Below, in pieces: positions 34,301-44,400 of a DNA stretch of 64,000 nucleotides (position 1 is the first letter of the stretch; each line of letters begins with the position of its first letter). The stretch spans positions 1,128-65,127 of the forward strand of contig JAJKJU010000176.1 in the NCBI GenBank assembly GCA_021153565.1, in the 5' to 3' direction. Under the pieces are notes generated by a model. The model was not told the DNA's origin and made no database searches. It saw only the letters and a list, made by a program, of their open reading frames with translations. The position numbers and the translations under genes are program-made. This DNA comes from Rhizobacter sp. (GTDB taxonomy: Bacteria; Pseudomonadota; Gammaproteobacteria; Burkholderiales; Burkholderiaceae_C).

Positions 34301-37300
34301 GCTGCCCAAGACCCTGTTCTTCGAGGTGCAGACCCCGCGTGCCCTGGCCGAGTATTTCGTCGCCGAGCATCCGCAAGTCCTGCAGCAACTGCTCGGCGAG
34401 GGCGTGCCGGTGGAGCCGCCGGCGCTGCCCGCTGGGCCTGTGGAATGGCCCGACACCTCGGTGCCGGCGCCGCAGGCCGCATGGACGAGTCCGGCGCCTG
34501 CTGGCCATGCCGACATTGCCGTGGTCGGCATCGGCGGGCGCTATCCGCAGGCGCCCACGCTGCAGCAGTTCTGGGAGAACCTGCGCTCGGGACGCGATTG
34601 CATCACCGAGGTGCCGGCCGAGCGCTGGGACCACGGCCTGTACTTCGACCCCGACAAGGGCGCTGCCGGCAAGAGCTATTGCAAGTGGGGCGGCTTCATC
34701 GAGGGCGTGGACGAGTTCGATCCCTTGTTCTTCAACATCTCCCCGCGCGAGGCCGAGTATCTCGACCCGCAGGAGCGCCTGTTCCTGCAATGCGTGCACG
34801 AGACGCTGGAGGACGCGGGCTACACCGGCGAGTCGCTCGGACGCCAGAGCCGGCAGGCCGGCGCGTCGCAGCTGCACCGGGTGGGCGTGTTCGTCGGCGT
34901 GATGTACGAGGAGTACCAGCTCTACGGCGCACAGGCCCAGGCGCGCGGCCAGGCGGTGGCGCTGGCCGGCAGCCCCTCGTCGATCGCGAATCGCATCTCC
35001 TACTTCTTCAACTTCCACGGCCCTTCGATGGCGGTGGACACGATGTGCTCGTCGTCGCTCACGTCCATCCACCTGGCCTGCATGGCGATCCGCAGCGGCC
35101 AGTGCGACGCGGCGATCGCCGGCGGCGTGAACGTCACCGTGCATCCCAACAAGTACCTGATGCTGAGCCAGGGGCGCTTCGCCTCCAGCCTCGGGCGCTG
35201 CGGCAGCTTCGGCGCCGGCGGCAACGGATACGTGCCCGGCGAGGGCGTGGGCGCGCTGCTGCTCAAGCCCCGGGAGCGTGCACTGGCCGACGGCGACCAC
35301 ATCCTTGGCGTGATCCGCGGCAGCGCGCTCAACCATGGCGGCAAGACCAACGGCGTGTCCGTGCCCAGCCTCGTGGCACAGGGCCAGGTGATCGCGGCCG
35401 CGCTGCGCGAGGCGGGCGTGTCGCCTGCGGAACTGAGCTACATCGAAGCGCACGGCACCGGCACCTCGCTGGGCGATCCGATCGAGATCGCCGGCCTGAT
35501 GAAGGTTTTCCAGCCCGCGGGCGCCGGCCAGCCGGCGCAACGCTGCGCCATCGGCTCGGTGAAGTCCAGCATCGGCCACTGCGAAAGCGCCGCCGGCGTC
35601 GCGGGGGTGACGAAGGTGCTGCTGCAAATGCAGCACCGCCAGCTCGTGCCCAGCCTGCATTCGCAGACCCTGAACCCCCACATCGACTTCGACCGCACGC
35701 CGTTCGCCGTGCAGCAGCAGTTGCAGCCCTGGGAGCCGCCGGTGCGCATCGGTGAGGACGGCCAGCCCGTGGCGTGCCGCCGCATCGCCGGCGTGTCCAG
35801 CTTCGGAGCGGGCGGCTCGAACGCCCACGTCATCATCGAAGAGCATGTGGAGGATCCGTCGGAGGCCTGGCGCCGTGCGCGCTGGCAGGGCCGGCCGGCG
35901 GCCATCGTGCTGTCGGCACAGGACGCGCGGGCCCTGGTCGAGCGTGCCCGGCGCCTGCTGGCGCGGCTTCCGGATCTGCCCGGGGACGCGCTGCACGACC
36001 TGGCCTTCACCTTGCAGGTGGGCCGCGACGCGATGAAGGAACGGCTCGCGTTCGTGGTCGGATCGCTGCAGGAACTCGCCGCCCGCCTGCAGGCCTTCGT
36101 CGACGAGCCCCAGCGGATCCAGGGCATCGCCGCCGCCTGGCGCGGCACGGCCGAGGCCGGCCACGAGGCGTGGTCGGCCTTTGCCGGCGACGAGGAACTG
36201 CAGGAAGCGGTGCACAAGTGGCTGCAGCGCGGCAAGTACGAGAAGCTGCTGAACCTGTGGGTGCAGGGCCTGCGCGTCGACTGGCTGCAGCTCTACGGCC
36301 CGGACGCGGGCATGCGGCGGCTGAGCCTGCCCGGCTATCCGTTCGCGAAGGAGCGTTGCTGGTTCGAGGCCGCAACGGCCGGCGCTCCGTCGACGGCCGC
36401 CGCGGCCGTGCTGCACCCGCTGCTGCATCGCAACGACTCCACCGCCTTCGAGTTGCGGTTCAGCAGCACCTTCGATGGCTCGGAGCCGTTCCTGCGCGAT
36501 CACGTGGTCAACGGGCAGCGCGTGCTGCCCGGCGTCGCGCACCTCGAGATGGGGCGCGAGGCGATGGCGCGCTGCCTGGATGCCGGCGAGCGGTCGCGCG
36601 TGACGCTGTCCGGCGTGACCTGGCTGCGGCCTGCGATCGTCACGCAAGGTGCGCTGGCGCTGCGCGTGAAGGTACAGGCGCAGAGCGCCTCGCAGGCGAG
36701 CTACCAGGTGCTGGCGATCGGCGCCGATGGCGTGGAGACCCTGTGCAGCCAGGGCCAAGGCGTGCTGGCGTCTGCCGACGAGCCGGCGCCGGGGGTGGAC
36801 CTGGTCGCAGTGCGAGCGGAGTGTGCCGATGCGGTGCATCCGGCGGACGCGGTGTACGCGCTCTATGCCGGCCTGGGCCTGGCCTACGGGCCGGCGCAGC
36901 GTGCTATCCGGCAACTGGCAGTCGGCAAGGACGGCCGCGGCCGTCCGCAGGCCCTGGCAGTGCTGGCATTGCCGAGCACCTGGAAGTCGGACGACGGCTT
37001 CGGCCTGCACCCCAGCCTGCTGGACGGCGCCTTGCAAGCCACGATCGGGTTGGTGCTCGGCGAGGCGACCGGAAAACCGGCAGCCTTGCCGTTCGCGATC
37101 GACCACCTGGCGATCCATGCGCCGCTGCCCCACAGCTGCCTGGCCTGGGTGCGCCTTGATGCCGATGCGGTCGTGGAGGGGACCGGCGGCAAGGTCGACA
37201 TCACGCTGTGTGATGAGGCCGGCCGCGCCTGCCTCGACGTGAAGGGCTTGGTGTCGCGCCCGGTGCGCGAGTCGGCCGCGGCCGGCCGGCCCGGCGACGA

Positions 37301-40300
37301 CGAAGGCCTGATGCTGATGCGACCGGTGTGGGAGGCGCGGCCTCTCGATCCGGCCTCGCCGGCGGGCGGGGCGCCGCGTTTCGGCGCCCGCCATGTGATG
37401 GTCGTGGGCCGGCTGGCGCAGGCCTGGCAGGCCGGCTGGCGGTCCGCCCTGGGCGACGGCATCGGCTGCGACCTGGTGGACACCAGCGCGCTGGACCTGC
37501 CTGAGGCCTACCAGCAGGCTGCCGTCGCCGCCTTCGAGCGCGTGAAGGTTTTGTTGCAAGGCCGGCCGCGGCAGGAGGTGCTGCTGCAACTGGCGGTGGT
37601 GGGCGGGGCGACGCAGGAGGACGCCTGCTTCGGCGGCCTCGCGGCCTTGCTGCGCAGCGCCGCGAAGGAGAACCCCAAGCTGGTGGTGCAAAGCCTGTTG
37701 TGCATGGACACCCCCGACCCGGGCGCGCTGGTGCAGCGCCTGGCCGATGAGGCGCAGCAGGCCGACGAGGCCGAGTTGCGCATCGACGGCGGCGTGCGCG
37801 AAGTGCGGCGCCTGGCGTCGATGGATCATCTCCTCCAGGCTCCGCCCACCCTGCCGTGGCGCGAGGGCGGTGTCTACCTCGTCACCGGCGGCACGGGCGG
37901 GCTGGGCCTGGCGGTTGCCGAGTCCATCGCCCGGTCGACTGCGGGGGTCACGCTGGTGCTGACCGCGCGATCCGCACCGGACGACGCGCGGCGTGACGCA
38001 CTCGACGCGCTGCGCCAGCTCGGCGCCAAGGTGGAGTTCCTGCCGCTGGACGTCTGCGACGGCGAGGCGGTGCACGGCCTGGTGCACCAGGTGCAGCAGC
38101 GCCATGGCGCGCTGGCCGGCGTGGTCCATGCCGCCGGTGTGCTGAGGGACAACTTCGTCATCCGCAAGTCCGCCGCCGAGTTGCAGCAGGTGCTGGCCCC
38201 CAAGGTGCAGGGCCTGGTGCACCTCGACCGGGCCACGGCCGGACAGCCGCTGGATTTCCTGGTGTGCTTCTCGTCGATGACGGGCCTGTTCGGCAACGCA
38301 GGCCAGGCCGACTACTCGGCCGCCAATGCCTTCATGGACGCGTACGCCGCGCAGCGCAACCGCCTCGCCGCCCAGGGCCTGCGTCAGGGTGTGTGTCTGT
38401 CGGTGAACTGGCCGCTGTGGGCCGAGGGCGGCATGCGTGTCGACGAGACGACGCTGGCGCGCATCCGCGAGACGGGCCTGGTGCCGCTGCAACGCGAGGA
38501 CGGGCTGCGTGCGCTGGCAGCCGGGTTGCAGGCCTTGAGCACGCAGCCCGAGGCCGGCCAGCTGCTGGTGGTGCCCGGCCGGCGCAGCGTGCTGTCGCAG
38601 CTGCTGGCGCCCTGGATGGCGGCGGCGGGGCAGCACGAGGCCGCCCTCCCGTCGCAGCGGAAGGTGCCCGTGCAGGCGCCGGCGGAAGTGCCGATGCCCC
38701 CGCAGTCGTCGAACGACACCGGCGACGCAGCGCTGCTGGACCGCGCGGTGCGCTTCTTCCGGCAGGCGCTGTCGCAGGCGCTGAAGCTCGACGTCGCGCG
38801 CATCGACCCCGACACGCCGCTGGAGCGCTACGGCATGGACTCGGTGATCGCGATGAACATCACCGGCGAACTGGAAAAGACCTTGGGGCCGATGTCGAAG
38901 ACGCTGTTCTTCGAAGTGCAGACGCTGCGAGCACTGGCCGAGCAACTGCTCGGCACGCATCGCGAGGCGCTGGCGGGCTTGCTGGGCCAGCCTGCGGTGG
39001 CCGCTGCGGCACCGGCGGCCGTGCCCCCCGAGCCGGTTGTTCGCTCGCTCCTGCGCGCCTCGCCGCAGCCGAATGCCCAGTTGCCGGCCGCCGCCGCGCC
39101 CGGCGCGCAGCATGCCGACATCGCCGTCGTCGGCGTGGCGGGCCGCTACCCACACTCGGCGACGCTGGAGCGCTTCTGGCACAACCTTCGCGACGGCGTG
39201 GACTGCATCGACGAGGTGCCTGCCGAGCGCTGGGACCATCGCCAGTTCCTGGACGACGACCGCGACGCACCCGGCAAGACCTATGGCCGCTGGGGCGGCT
39301 TCCTGGAGGGTGTGGACCAGTTCGATCCGCTGTTCTTCCAGGTGTCGCCGCGCGAGGCCGAGGCCATGGATCCGCAGCAGCGCCTGTTCCTCGAGACCGT
39401 GTGGGAACTGTTCGAAGGCTGCGGCGTGACGCAGGCGCGGCTGGAGAAGCAGTACGCGCGGCGGGTCGGCGTGTACGTCGGTGCCATGTACCAGATGTAC
39501 CGGGCCGGCGAGAGCGACGTCGTGCGCCATGCGCTGACGTCGGCGGCCTCGTTCAACCTGATCGCCAACCGGGTGTCGTACTTCTTCGGCCTGGAAGGGG
39601 CCAGCGTCGCGCTCGACACCATGTGCTCGTCGTCGACGCAGGCGATCCACCAGGCCTGTGTGGATCTGGCGCGGGGCGACTGCCTGCTGGCCGTGGCCGG
39701 CGGCGTGAACCTCACGCTGCATCCCGACAAGTACCTGGCGCTCGGCATGGGGCAGTTGCTCGGCAGCAGCCGGCAGTCGCGCAGCTTCCTCGACGGCGAT
39801 GGCTACCTGCCGTCCGAGGGCGTGGGTGCCGTGCTGCTGAAGCCGCTGGCCGCCGCCTTGCGCGACGGCGATCCGGTTCTCGGCGTGATCAAGGGCAGCG
39901 CCTCGCTGCATGGCGGCCGCGCCAACCGCTTCATGAACCCCAGCTTCAAGACGCAGGTGCAGGTGATCGAGCGCTGCCTGGAGCGCGCCGGCGCCGCACC
40001 GCAGACCATCGGCTACATCGAGGCAGCGGCCAATGGCTCGGCGCTGGGCGACTCGATCGAGCTGCGTGCGATGGCGCAGGTGTTCGGCGCGTCGGCCGAG
40101 CCGGTCCTGCTGGGCTCGGTGAAGTCGAACGTCGGCCATCCGGAGTCGGCCTCGGGCATCGCCCAGCTCACCAAGGTGCTGTTGCAGCTGAAGCACGGGC
40201 AGGTCGCGCCGCTGCTGCTCGACGGGCCTCGCAACCCGAACCTGGATCTTGCGCAGACGCCGCTGCGGCTGTGCGAACGCCTCACCGAATGGCGCCCGCG

Positions 40301-41462
40301 CCAGGTGGACACCGGGCACGGCCTGCGGGAGGTGCCGCAGCGCGCGCTGATCAACTCGGTGGGCGCGGGCGGCAGCCACGTCTGCCTGGTGGTGGAGGCA
40401 CCGCCTGCGTTGCCGACCCCGGTGCCGCAGGCCGCCGCGCCCGCGCAGCCGCAGCTCATCGTGCTGTCCGCCAAAACAGCGACGGCGCTGAGGGCGGTCG
40501 CGCAGCGCCTGCTGGCACACCTGCAGGCCGCAGAGGCGCCCGCGCTGGCGGACGTGGCCTGCACGTTGCAGGTCGGCCGCGAGGCACTGGCCTGCAGGCT
40601 GGCCTTCGTCGCCGCCTCGGTGCCGCAGTTGTGCGAACGGCTGCAGGCTTGGCTGGCGGCCGGCGAGGGTCGGGGCGAGCCCGTGTCGGGCACCTTCCAT
40701 GCAGGCCACGCCGAGGAAGACCGGCCTTTGCTCGACGAGCTGTTGTCGGGCCCGCACGCCGCGCAGTATGTGGCTGCGCTGGTCCGCGACGCGGACCTCG
40801 CGCGCCTGGGCGCCTTCTGGGCCAAGGGCGGCGCAGTGCCGTGGGACGAGTTGCTGCGCACGGGCCGGCCCGTGCTGCAGGCGCTGCCCACGTACCCGTT
40901 CGAACGTCGGCGATGCTGGCTCGATTCGTCGCTGCCGTCCGTCGGCGACGTGGCGGACTTGGCGGACGCGACGTCCGCGGGTGAAGCCGCTGCATCGCAG
41001 TCGGCCGATGGGCCCGATTCGCAGGCCGCGGGCCCTGGTGCCGCCGCTGCGGAGATCGAGCGCTTCATGGCCGAGTTCATCGCCTCCACCCTGGGCGTGC
41101 CCGCGCCGCAGGTGCCGGTGGACCGCGACCTGCAACACCTGGGCGTCGATTCCATCGTGTGGGCGCGCCTGCAGCGTGCGGTGCACAAGCGCTTCGGGAT
41201 GCGGCTCAGTGCGCGGGACATCACCGAGGCCAACGCCATCGCGCCGCTGTCGCGACGGCTGGTGCAGCGGCACGTCACGGAGCCGGACGCGCCCGGGGCG
41301 CAGGTGCCCGCATCGCCGCCTCCGCCGCCCGCGCCCGAGGCCGCCACGCTGCAGCCCGGCGACATGGACGCCCTCAAGCGAATGGCCCTGGAGCGGTTCA
41401 AGCTGGGACAGCTGGACCTCGAGGCCGTGAAGAACCTGATGAACGAAGGAATGGTTGCATGA
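30447..41462 (+). CDS. trans-AT polyketide synthase: ACP-ACP-ACP-KS-DH-ACP-KS-DH-KR-ACP-KS0-ACP
   Basis: ATG 30447 lies 5 nt after GGGGAG (30436-30441) and overlaps the upstream stop by 13 nt. ACP Ser codons: 30576-30578, 30837-30839, 31191-31193. KS Cys 31968-31970. DH: HRVQGEKVLP and DGALQ. ACP Ser 34251-34253. KS Cys 35046-35048. DH: HVVNGQRVLP. KR: VTGGTGGLG. ACP Ser 38841-38843. KS0 Cys 39624-39626. ACP Ser 41151-41153. Confidence 0.92.
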   Translation: MSSLIANDNQPIHKYLRETLAQVLDSDLARAGDDLPLVELGLDSVPCAAWVRLIAQQYGVALSVAEVCECGTLRAVGQRVNAALASRATAGEGRAADEVLACVRHSLAVELDRPEADLEDDTPFLELGLDSITGVTWTRKLNTHFKLSLSVAKVYSHPTLRALAAHIAVSTAKLIPGVAGQEPNGKAPVHAGKAEAAPAPAPAQPGDAVPGDAVAPVAAVLRRLLAQELDADERGIDDAMPFLELGLDSITGVTWMRKINTRFGLALSVAKVYSHSTIAGLAAFIVQQGVSAGPPEATQRPAAAPGARAAPASPASQAGPPALQAAPGPALFAQAPPVPAGIAVIGMSGQFPMADDLEAFWQNILQRKDCVSEVPASRWRIDRHFQSGAPRPGKSYSKWMGVLDRAAEFDPLFFNISPAEAQFMDPQQRLVLQQSWHCIEDAGGDPDRLAGTACGVFLGCSSNGYGEQVDERDWNAHQNLGSNSAILASRIAYFLNLRGPCLSIDTSCSSSLVAIASACDSLLLGESEVALAGGVWVIPGPGVHVAMSQLNALSPDGRCRAFDDRANGFVPAEGVGFLMLKRLSDAQRDGDRIHAVIAGWGVNQDGKSNGITAPNGDAQAALQERVYRRFGIDLADIDLVEAHGTGTSLGDPVEVDALTASFRRFTPRVGDCALGSVKSNIGHTASAAGVASALKVILALKHRVLPPTALFERMNPHIDLSSTPFRVQAGPAPWAGRGRPRMGVVNSFGYSGTNAHLVIAEAPLQPPMQAPQGECLVVLSARTAAQLKEQAQRLSAHLERHADVALGDLAHTLLHGRKHWRHRLAVVAGDLAQLQRSLRAWLDQGSDPAVCQGEAQPGQSGAAVETPGLSEAAQQYVRGASLRWEALFPHGRQRLLSLPGYPFSRERHWLPLHPLLHRDESTASQARFSATFDGTESFLDHHRVQGEKVLPGAAYLEMAREAVARVHGEEAVARMQLQDLVWLRPATCRAGLELAATLTPQAEGLLGFEVTAQGGEGQPLLLCQARVRLDAGVMPRPVDLQALRERCREPLMPAEDFYALYAAAGMAYGPAHRSVVRLLQGRGAQGQPEVLAEIALPATVQGHRHGLHPSLVDGALQATVCLGWTAQSPAASQPALPFALGGLQVLGATPSRVYAWIRPSTAGRVSGAVHKLDISLCDEQGRLCAELSGLSVRALARGEQPATGPTPVSRAAVPVAAAPQVATASGAPRPAQVGDRALHYFRQQLAVALKLSVGELDVDAPMERYGMDSIMAMELTRHLEESFGPLPKTLFFEVQTPRALAEYFVAEHPQVLQQLLGEGVPVEPPALPAGPVEWPDTSVPAPQAAWTSPAPAGHADIAVVGIGGRYPQAPTLQQFWENLRSGRDCITEVPAERWDHGLYFDPDKGAAGKSYCKWGGFIEGVDEFDPLFFNISPREAEYLDPQERLFLQCVHETLEDAGYTGESLGRQSRQAGASQLHRVGVFVGVMYEEYQLYGAQAQARGQAVALAGSPSSIANRISYFFNFHGPSMAVDTMCSSSLTSIHLACMAIRSGQCDAAIAGGVNVTVHPNKYLMLSQGRFASSLGRCGSFGAGGNGYVPGEGVGALLLKPRERALADGDHILGVIRGSALNHGGKTNGVSVPSLVAQGQVIAAALREAGVSPAELSYIEAHGTGTSLGDPIEIAGLMKVFQPAGAGQPAQRCAIGSVKSSIGHCESAAGVAGVTKVLLQMQHRQLVPSLHSQTLNPHIDFDRTPFAVQQQLQPWEPPVRIGEDGQPVACRRIAGVSSFGAGGSNAHVIIEEHVEDPSEAWRRARWQGRPAAIVLSAQDARALVERARRLLARLPDLPGDALHDLAFTLQVGRDAMKERLAFVVGSLQELAARLQAFVDEPQRIQGIAAAWRGTAEAGHEAWSAFAGDEELQEAVHKWLQRGKYEKLLNLWVQGLRVDWLQLYGPDAGMRRLSLPGYPFAKERCWFEAATAGAPSTAAAAVLHPLLHRNDSTAFELRFSSTFDGSEPFLRDHVVNGQRVLPGVAHLEMGREAMARCLDAGERSRVTLSGVTWLRPAIVTQGALALRVKVQAQSASQASYQVLAIGADGVETLCSQGQGVLASADEPAPGVDLVAVRAECADAVHPADAVYALYAGLGLAYGPAQRAIRQLAVGKDGRGRPQALAVLALPSTWKSDDGFGLHPSLLDGALQATIGLVLGEATGKPAALPFAIDHLAIHAPLPHSCLAWVRLDADAVVEGTGGKVDITLCDEAGRACLDVKGLVSRPVRESAAAGRPGDDEGLMLMRPVWEARPLDPASPAGGAPRFGARHVMVVGRLAQAWQAGWRSALGDGIGCDLVDTSALDLPEAYQQAAVAAFERVKVLLQGRPRQEVLLQLAVVGGATQEDACFGGLAALLRSAAKENPKLVVQSLLCMDTPDPGALVQRLADEAQQADEAELRIDGGVREVRRLASMDHLLQAPPTLPWREGGVYLVTGGTGGLGLAVAESIARSTAGVTLVLTARSAPDDARRDALDALRQLGAKVEFLPLDVCDGEAVHGLVHQVQQRHGALAGVVHAAGVLRDNFVIRKSAAELQQVLAPKVQGLVHLDRATAGQPLDFLVCFSSMTGLFGNAGQADYSAANAFMDAYAAQRNRLAAQGLRQGVCLSVNWPLWAEGGMRVDETTLARIRETGLVPLQREDGLRALAAGLQALSTQPEAGQLLVVPGRRSVLSQLLAPWMAAAGQHEAALPSQRKVPVQAPAEVPMPPQSSNDTGDAALLDRAVRFFRQALSQALKLDVARIDPDTPLERYGMDSVIAMNITGELEKTLGPMSKTLFFEVQTLRALAEQLLGTHREALAGLLGQPAVAAAAPAAVPPEPVVRSLLRASPQPNAQLPAAAAPGAQHADIAVVGVAGRYPHSATLERFWHNLRDGVDCIDEVPAERWDHRQFLDDDRDAPGKTYGRWGGFLEGVDQFDPLFFQVSPREAEAMDPQQRLFLETVWELFEGCGVTQARLEKQYARRVGVYVGAMYQMYRAGESDVVRHALTSAASFNLIANRVSYFFGLEGASVALDTMCSSSTQAIHQACVDLARGDCLLAVAGGVNLTLHPDKYLALGMGQLLGSSRQSRSFLDGDGYLPSEGVGAVLLKPLAAALRDGDPVLGVIKGSASLHGGRANRFMNPSFKTQVQVIERCLERAGAAPQTIGYIEAAANGSALGDSIELRAMAQVFGASAEPVLLGSVKSNVGHPESASGIAQLTKVLLQLKHGQVAPLLLDGPRNPNLDLAQTPLRLCERLTEWRPRQVDTGHGLREVPQRALINSVGAGGSHVCLVVEAPPALPTPVPQAAAPAQPQLIVLSAKTATALRAVAQRLLAHLQAAEAPALADVACTLQVGREALACRLAFVAASVPQLCERLQAWLAAGEGRGEPVSGTFHAGHAEEDRPLLDELLSGPHAAQYVAALVRDADLARLGAFWAKGGAVPWDELLRTGRPVLQALPTYPFERRRCWLDSSLPSVGDVADLADATSAGEAAASQSADGPDSQAAGPGAAAAEIERFMAEFIASTLGVPAPQVPVDRDLQHLGVDSIVWARLQRAVHKRFGMRLSARDITEANAIAPLSRRLVQRHVTEPDAPGAQVPASPPPPPAPEAATLQPGDMDALKRMALERFKLGQLDLEAVKNLMNEGMVA
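33180..34050 (+). other. DH domain in a module with no KR
   Basis: HPLLHR, HRVQGEKVLP and LHPSLVDGALQ are all canonical. No Rossmann TGGxGxLG motif occurs between KS (31470-32730) and ACP (Ser 34251). Confidence 0.7.
39118..40400 (+). other. non-elongating KS0 domain (EAHGTGT reads EAAANGS)
   Basis: Cys is present (DTMCSSS, 39624-39626). An Ala codon (40026-40028) occupies the first catalytic His position. The second His is kept (SNVGH). The final motif reads GGSHVCLVVE instead of GGxNAH. It precedes the last ACP before the NRPS. Confidence 0.8.
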
Positions 41463-44400
41463 ACAAAAACGAGAACGAGATCCTGGCCGGCTTCAAGCAA
41501 GGCCGCTACAGCGCGGAGAAGGTGCTGGAGTTCTACCGGACGCGCGCGGCGGCCGAGCCGCAGCGCCTGCCACTGTCGGAAGGCCAGAAGGGCCTGTGGC
41601 TGCTGCACCAGCTGGACCCGCAGTCCGACATCTACAACGTACCGGTGTGCCTGCGCGTGAAAGGCCCGCTGCGGGCCGACGTGTTGCGCCGCGCGGTCGA
41701 GCATGTGCTCGCCATGCACCCGCAGCTCACGAGCCGGGTGCAGGAGCACGACGGCGAGCCTTGGCTGGTGCAGCGCGGCGGGCAGGCCGAGTTCGTCCAC
41801 CAGCCGCTGGAACTGCCGTCCGGGCAGCTGCCGGCCTTCCTGAAGGCCGAGGCCCGGCGGCCCTTCGACCTGGGCGCCGTGCTGCACCGGGTGCGGCTGT
41901 TCGCCGTCGCGCCCGACGAGCACGTGCTGCTGCTCGTGTTCCACCACCTGGTGTTCGATGGCGCTTCCGCGCCGGTCCTGCTGCGCGACCTGATGGCCAG
42001 CCACGAGGCCCTGGCCGAGGGCCGGCCCTTGCCCTCGGTGGTGGACAGGGCCAACGACTTTCCGGCCTGGGAGTCGGATTTCCTCGCGAGCGAGGAAGGC
42101 GAGCGCTGCCGCGGGCATTGGCGCCGCGTGCTGGGCGGCGCGCAGGCGCTACCGGTGCTCACGCTGGACATCGAGCGTGCCGCCCCCGGGGCCCGGCCGC
42201 AAGGCGCCACCTGGTGCAGCCTGCTCGACGGCGACGCGAAGGCCGCGGCCGGCCGGTTCTGCCAGGCCCAGGGCGTGCAGCCGGCGGTGTTTTTCCTGGC
42301 GGTCTATCAACTGCTGCTGCAACGCTACTCGGGCCTGTCGGACATCATCGTCGGCGTGCCCTCGATGGGCCGGCCGGACCTCGACTGGGCCGACTCCGTC
42401 GGCTACTTCGTCAACATGATGCCGGTGCGCCAGGTCGTCGATGGGCAGAAGGACTTCGCGTCCCACCTGCGCGAGCTGAAGCTCGCGATGGCCGATGCGA
42501 TGGACCATGCGGCCTATCCCTTCCCGTGCATGGTGAAGGACCTGAACCTGCCGTCAGGCAGCAGCAGTGCGTCGCCGGTGTTCCAGGTGGCCTACACCTT
42601 CCAGAACAAAAACATGATGTACCTCGCGGCCGACGGCCAGGCGAGGCCCGCGCTCGGCCAGGCGGTGGAGTTCATCGACGAGGTGTCTCAGGAGGGCGAG
42701 TTCAAGCTGTTGCTCGAGGTCTGCGAGCACCCCGACCGCTTCCAGCTGTGCTTCAAGTACGACGCGCAGCGCTTCTCCGCGGACGACATCGAGCGGCTGG
42801 CCGGCCACTACCGTGTGCTGATGGAAGGGCTGCTGGCGGCGCCGGCCAGGCCGGTCGGCTCGCAGGCCATGGTGTCCGAGGCGCAACGGCGCGAGCTGCT
42901 GGCGCTGTCTGCCGGCCCGGTGCGCGCCTACAGCGGGCACGCCTGCCTGCACCAGCTGTTCGAGCGCATGGTGCAGCGCCATGGCGAGCGCCCGGCGCTG
43001 GTCGACGGTGAGGGCCGGCTGAGCTATGCCGAACTGAACCAGCGCGCCAACCAGCTGGCCCACCGCCTGCGCCGCCACGGCGTGGGGCCGGACACCGTGG
43101 TGGGTCTCTTCATGGAGCGCTCGCTGGAGATGGTGGTGGGCTTGCTGGGCATCGTGAAGGCCGGGGGTGCCTACCTGCCGCTGGAGCCTGGGTATCCGGA
43201 GGCGCGCATCGCCTACATGCTGCAAAACTCGGGCGCCCGGCTCGTGCTGTGCCAGCCGAAGGCCGCGGCCGGCCGCTGGGCCGATGCGGTGCAGCGGCTG
43301 GACGTGGACCTGGGCGCCCAGGGCGCGCCGGCGTCGGACTTCTTCGCCACCGAGCCGGACGCCGACATCGCGCCGCGCGACATCGGCCTGGATTCGCGCC
43401 ACCTGGCCTACGTGATCTACACCTCCGGCTCCACCGGGCAGCCCAAGGGCGTGATGATCGAGCACCGCGCGGCGGTGAACCGCATCGAGTGGATGCAGGA
43501 CGAGTACCGCCTGGACGGCTCCGACGTCGTGCTGCAGAAGACGCCGTTCAGCTTCGACGTCTCGGTGTGGGAGTTCTTCTGGCCGCTGCTGGCCGGCGCC
43601 CGGCTGGTGATGGCGCCGCCGGGCGTGCACCGCGATCCCGGCCGCCTGCTCGCCCTGATCCGCGAGGCGGGTGTCACCACGCTGCACTTCGTGCCGCCGA
43701 TGCTCGAGTTGGCGGTCGCCGAGCCCGGCTGGTCGGCCTGCACGACGCTGCGGCGCATTTTCTGCAGTGGCGAGGCGCTGCCGCCGGAGCTGCCGCAGCG
43801 GCACCACGCGCTGAACCCGGCACCGCTGTACAACCTGTACGGCCCCACCGAAGCGGCGATCGACGTGAGCCACTGGCCCTGCCCGCGGGACCATGCGGGC
43901 GGCGTGGTGCCGATCGGCAAGCCCATCCAGAACATCCAGCTCTACGTGCTCGACGACCAGCGGCAGTTGCAGCCGCCCGGATGCGCCGGCCAGCTCTACA
44001 TTGCCGGCGACGGCCTGGCGCGCGGCTACCTGAACCGGCCGGAACTCAGCGCGCTGCATTTCATCGACAACCCGTTCGGCGGTGCACGGTCGCGCATGTA
44101 CGGCACCGGCGACCTGGTGAGGTGGCTGCCGGACGGCCAGCTCGAGTTCCTCGGCCGCATCGACGGCCAGGTGAAGATCCGCGGCCATCGCGTTGAACTC
44201 GGCGAGATCGAGGCCGCGCTGGCCCAGCACCCCGACGTGCGCGCCTGCGTCGTGCTGGCGCGCCGCGATGCCGGTGGCCAGCAGCTGGCCGCCTACGTGG
44301 TGCTGGCCGAGGGGGCGCAGCCGCAGGGCTGCCAGGCACGGCTGGCGCAGCACCTCTCGGGCCTGCTGCCCGACACCATGGTGCCCAGCGCCTTCGTCGT

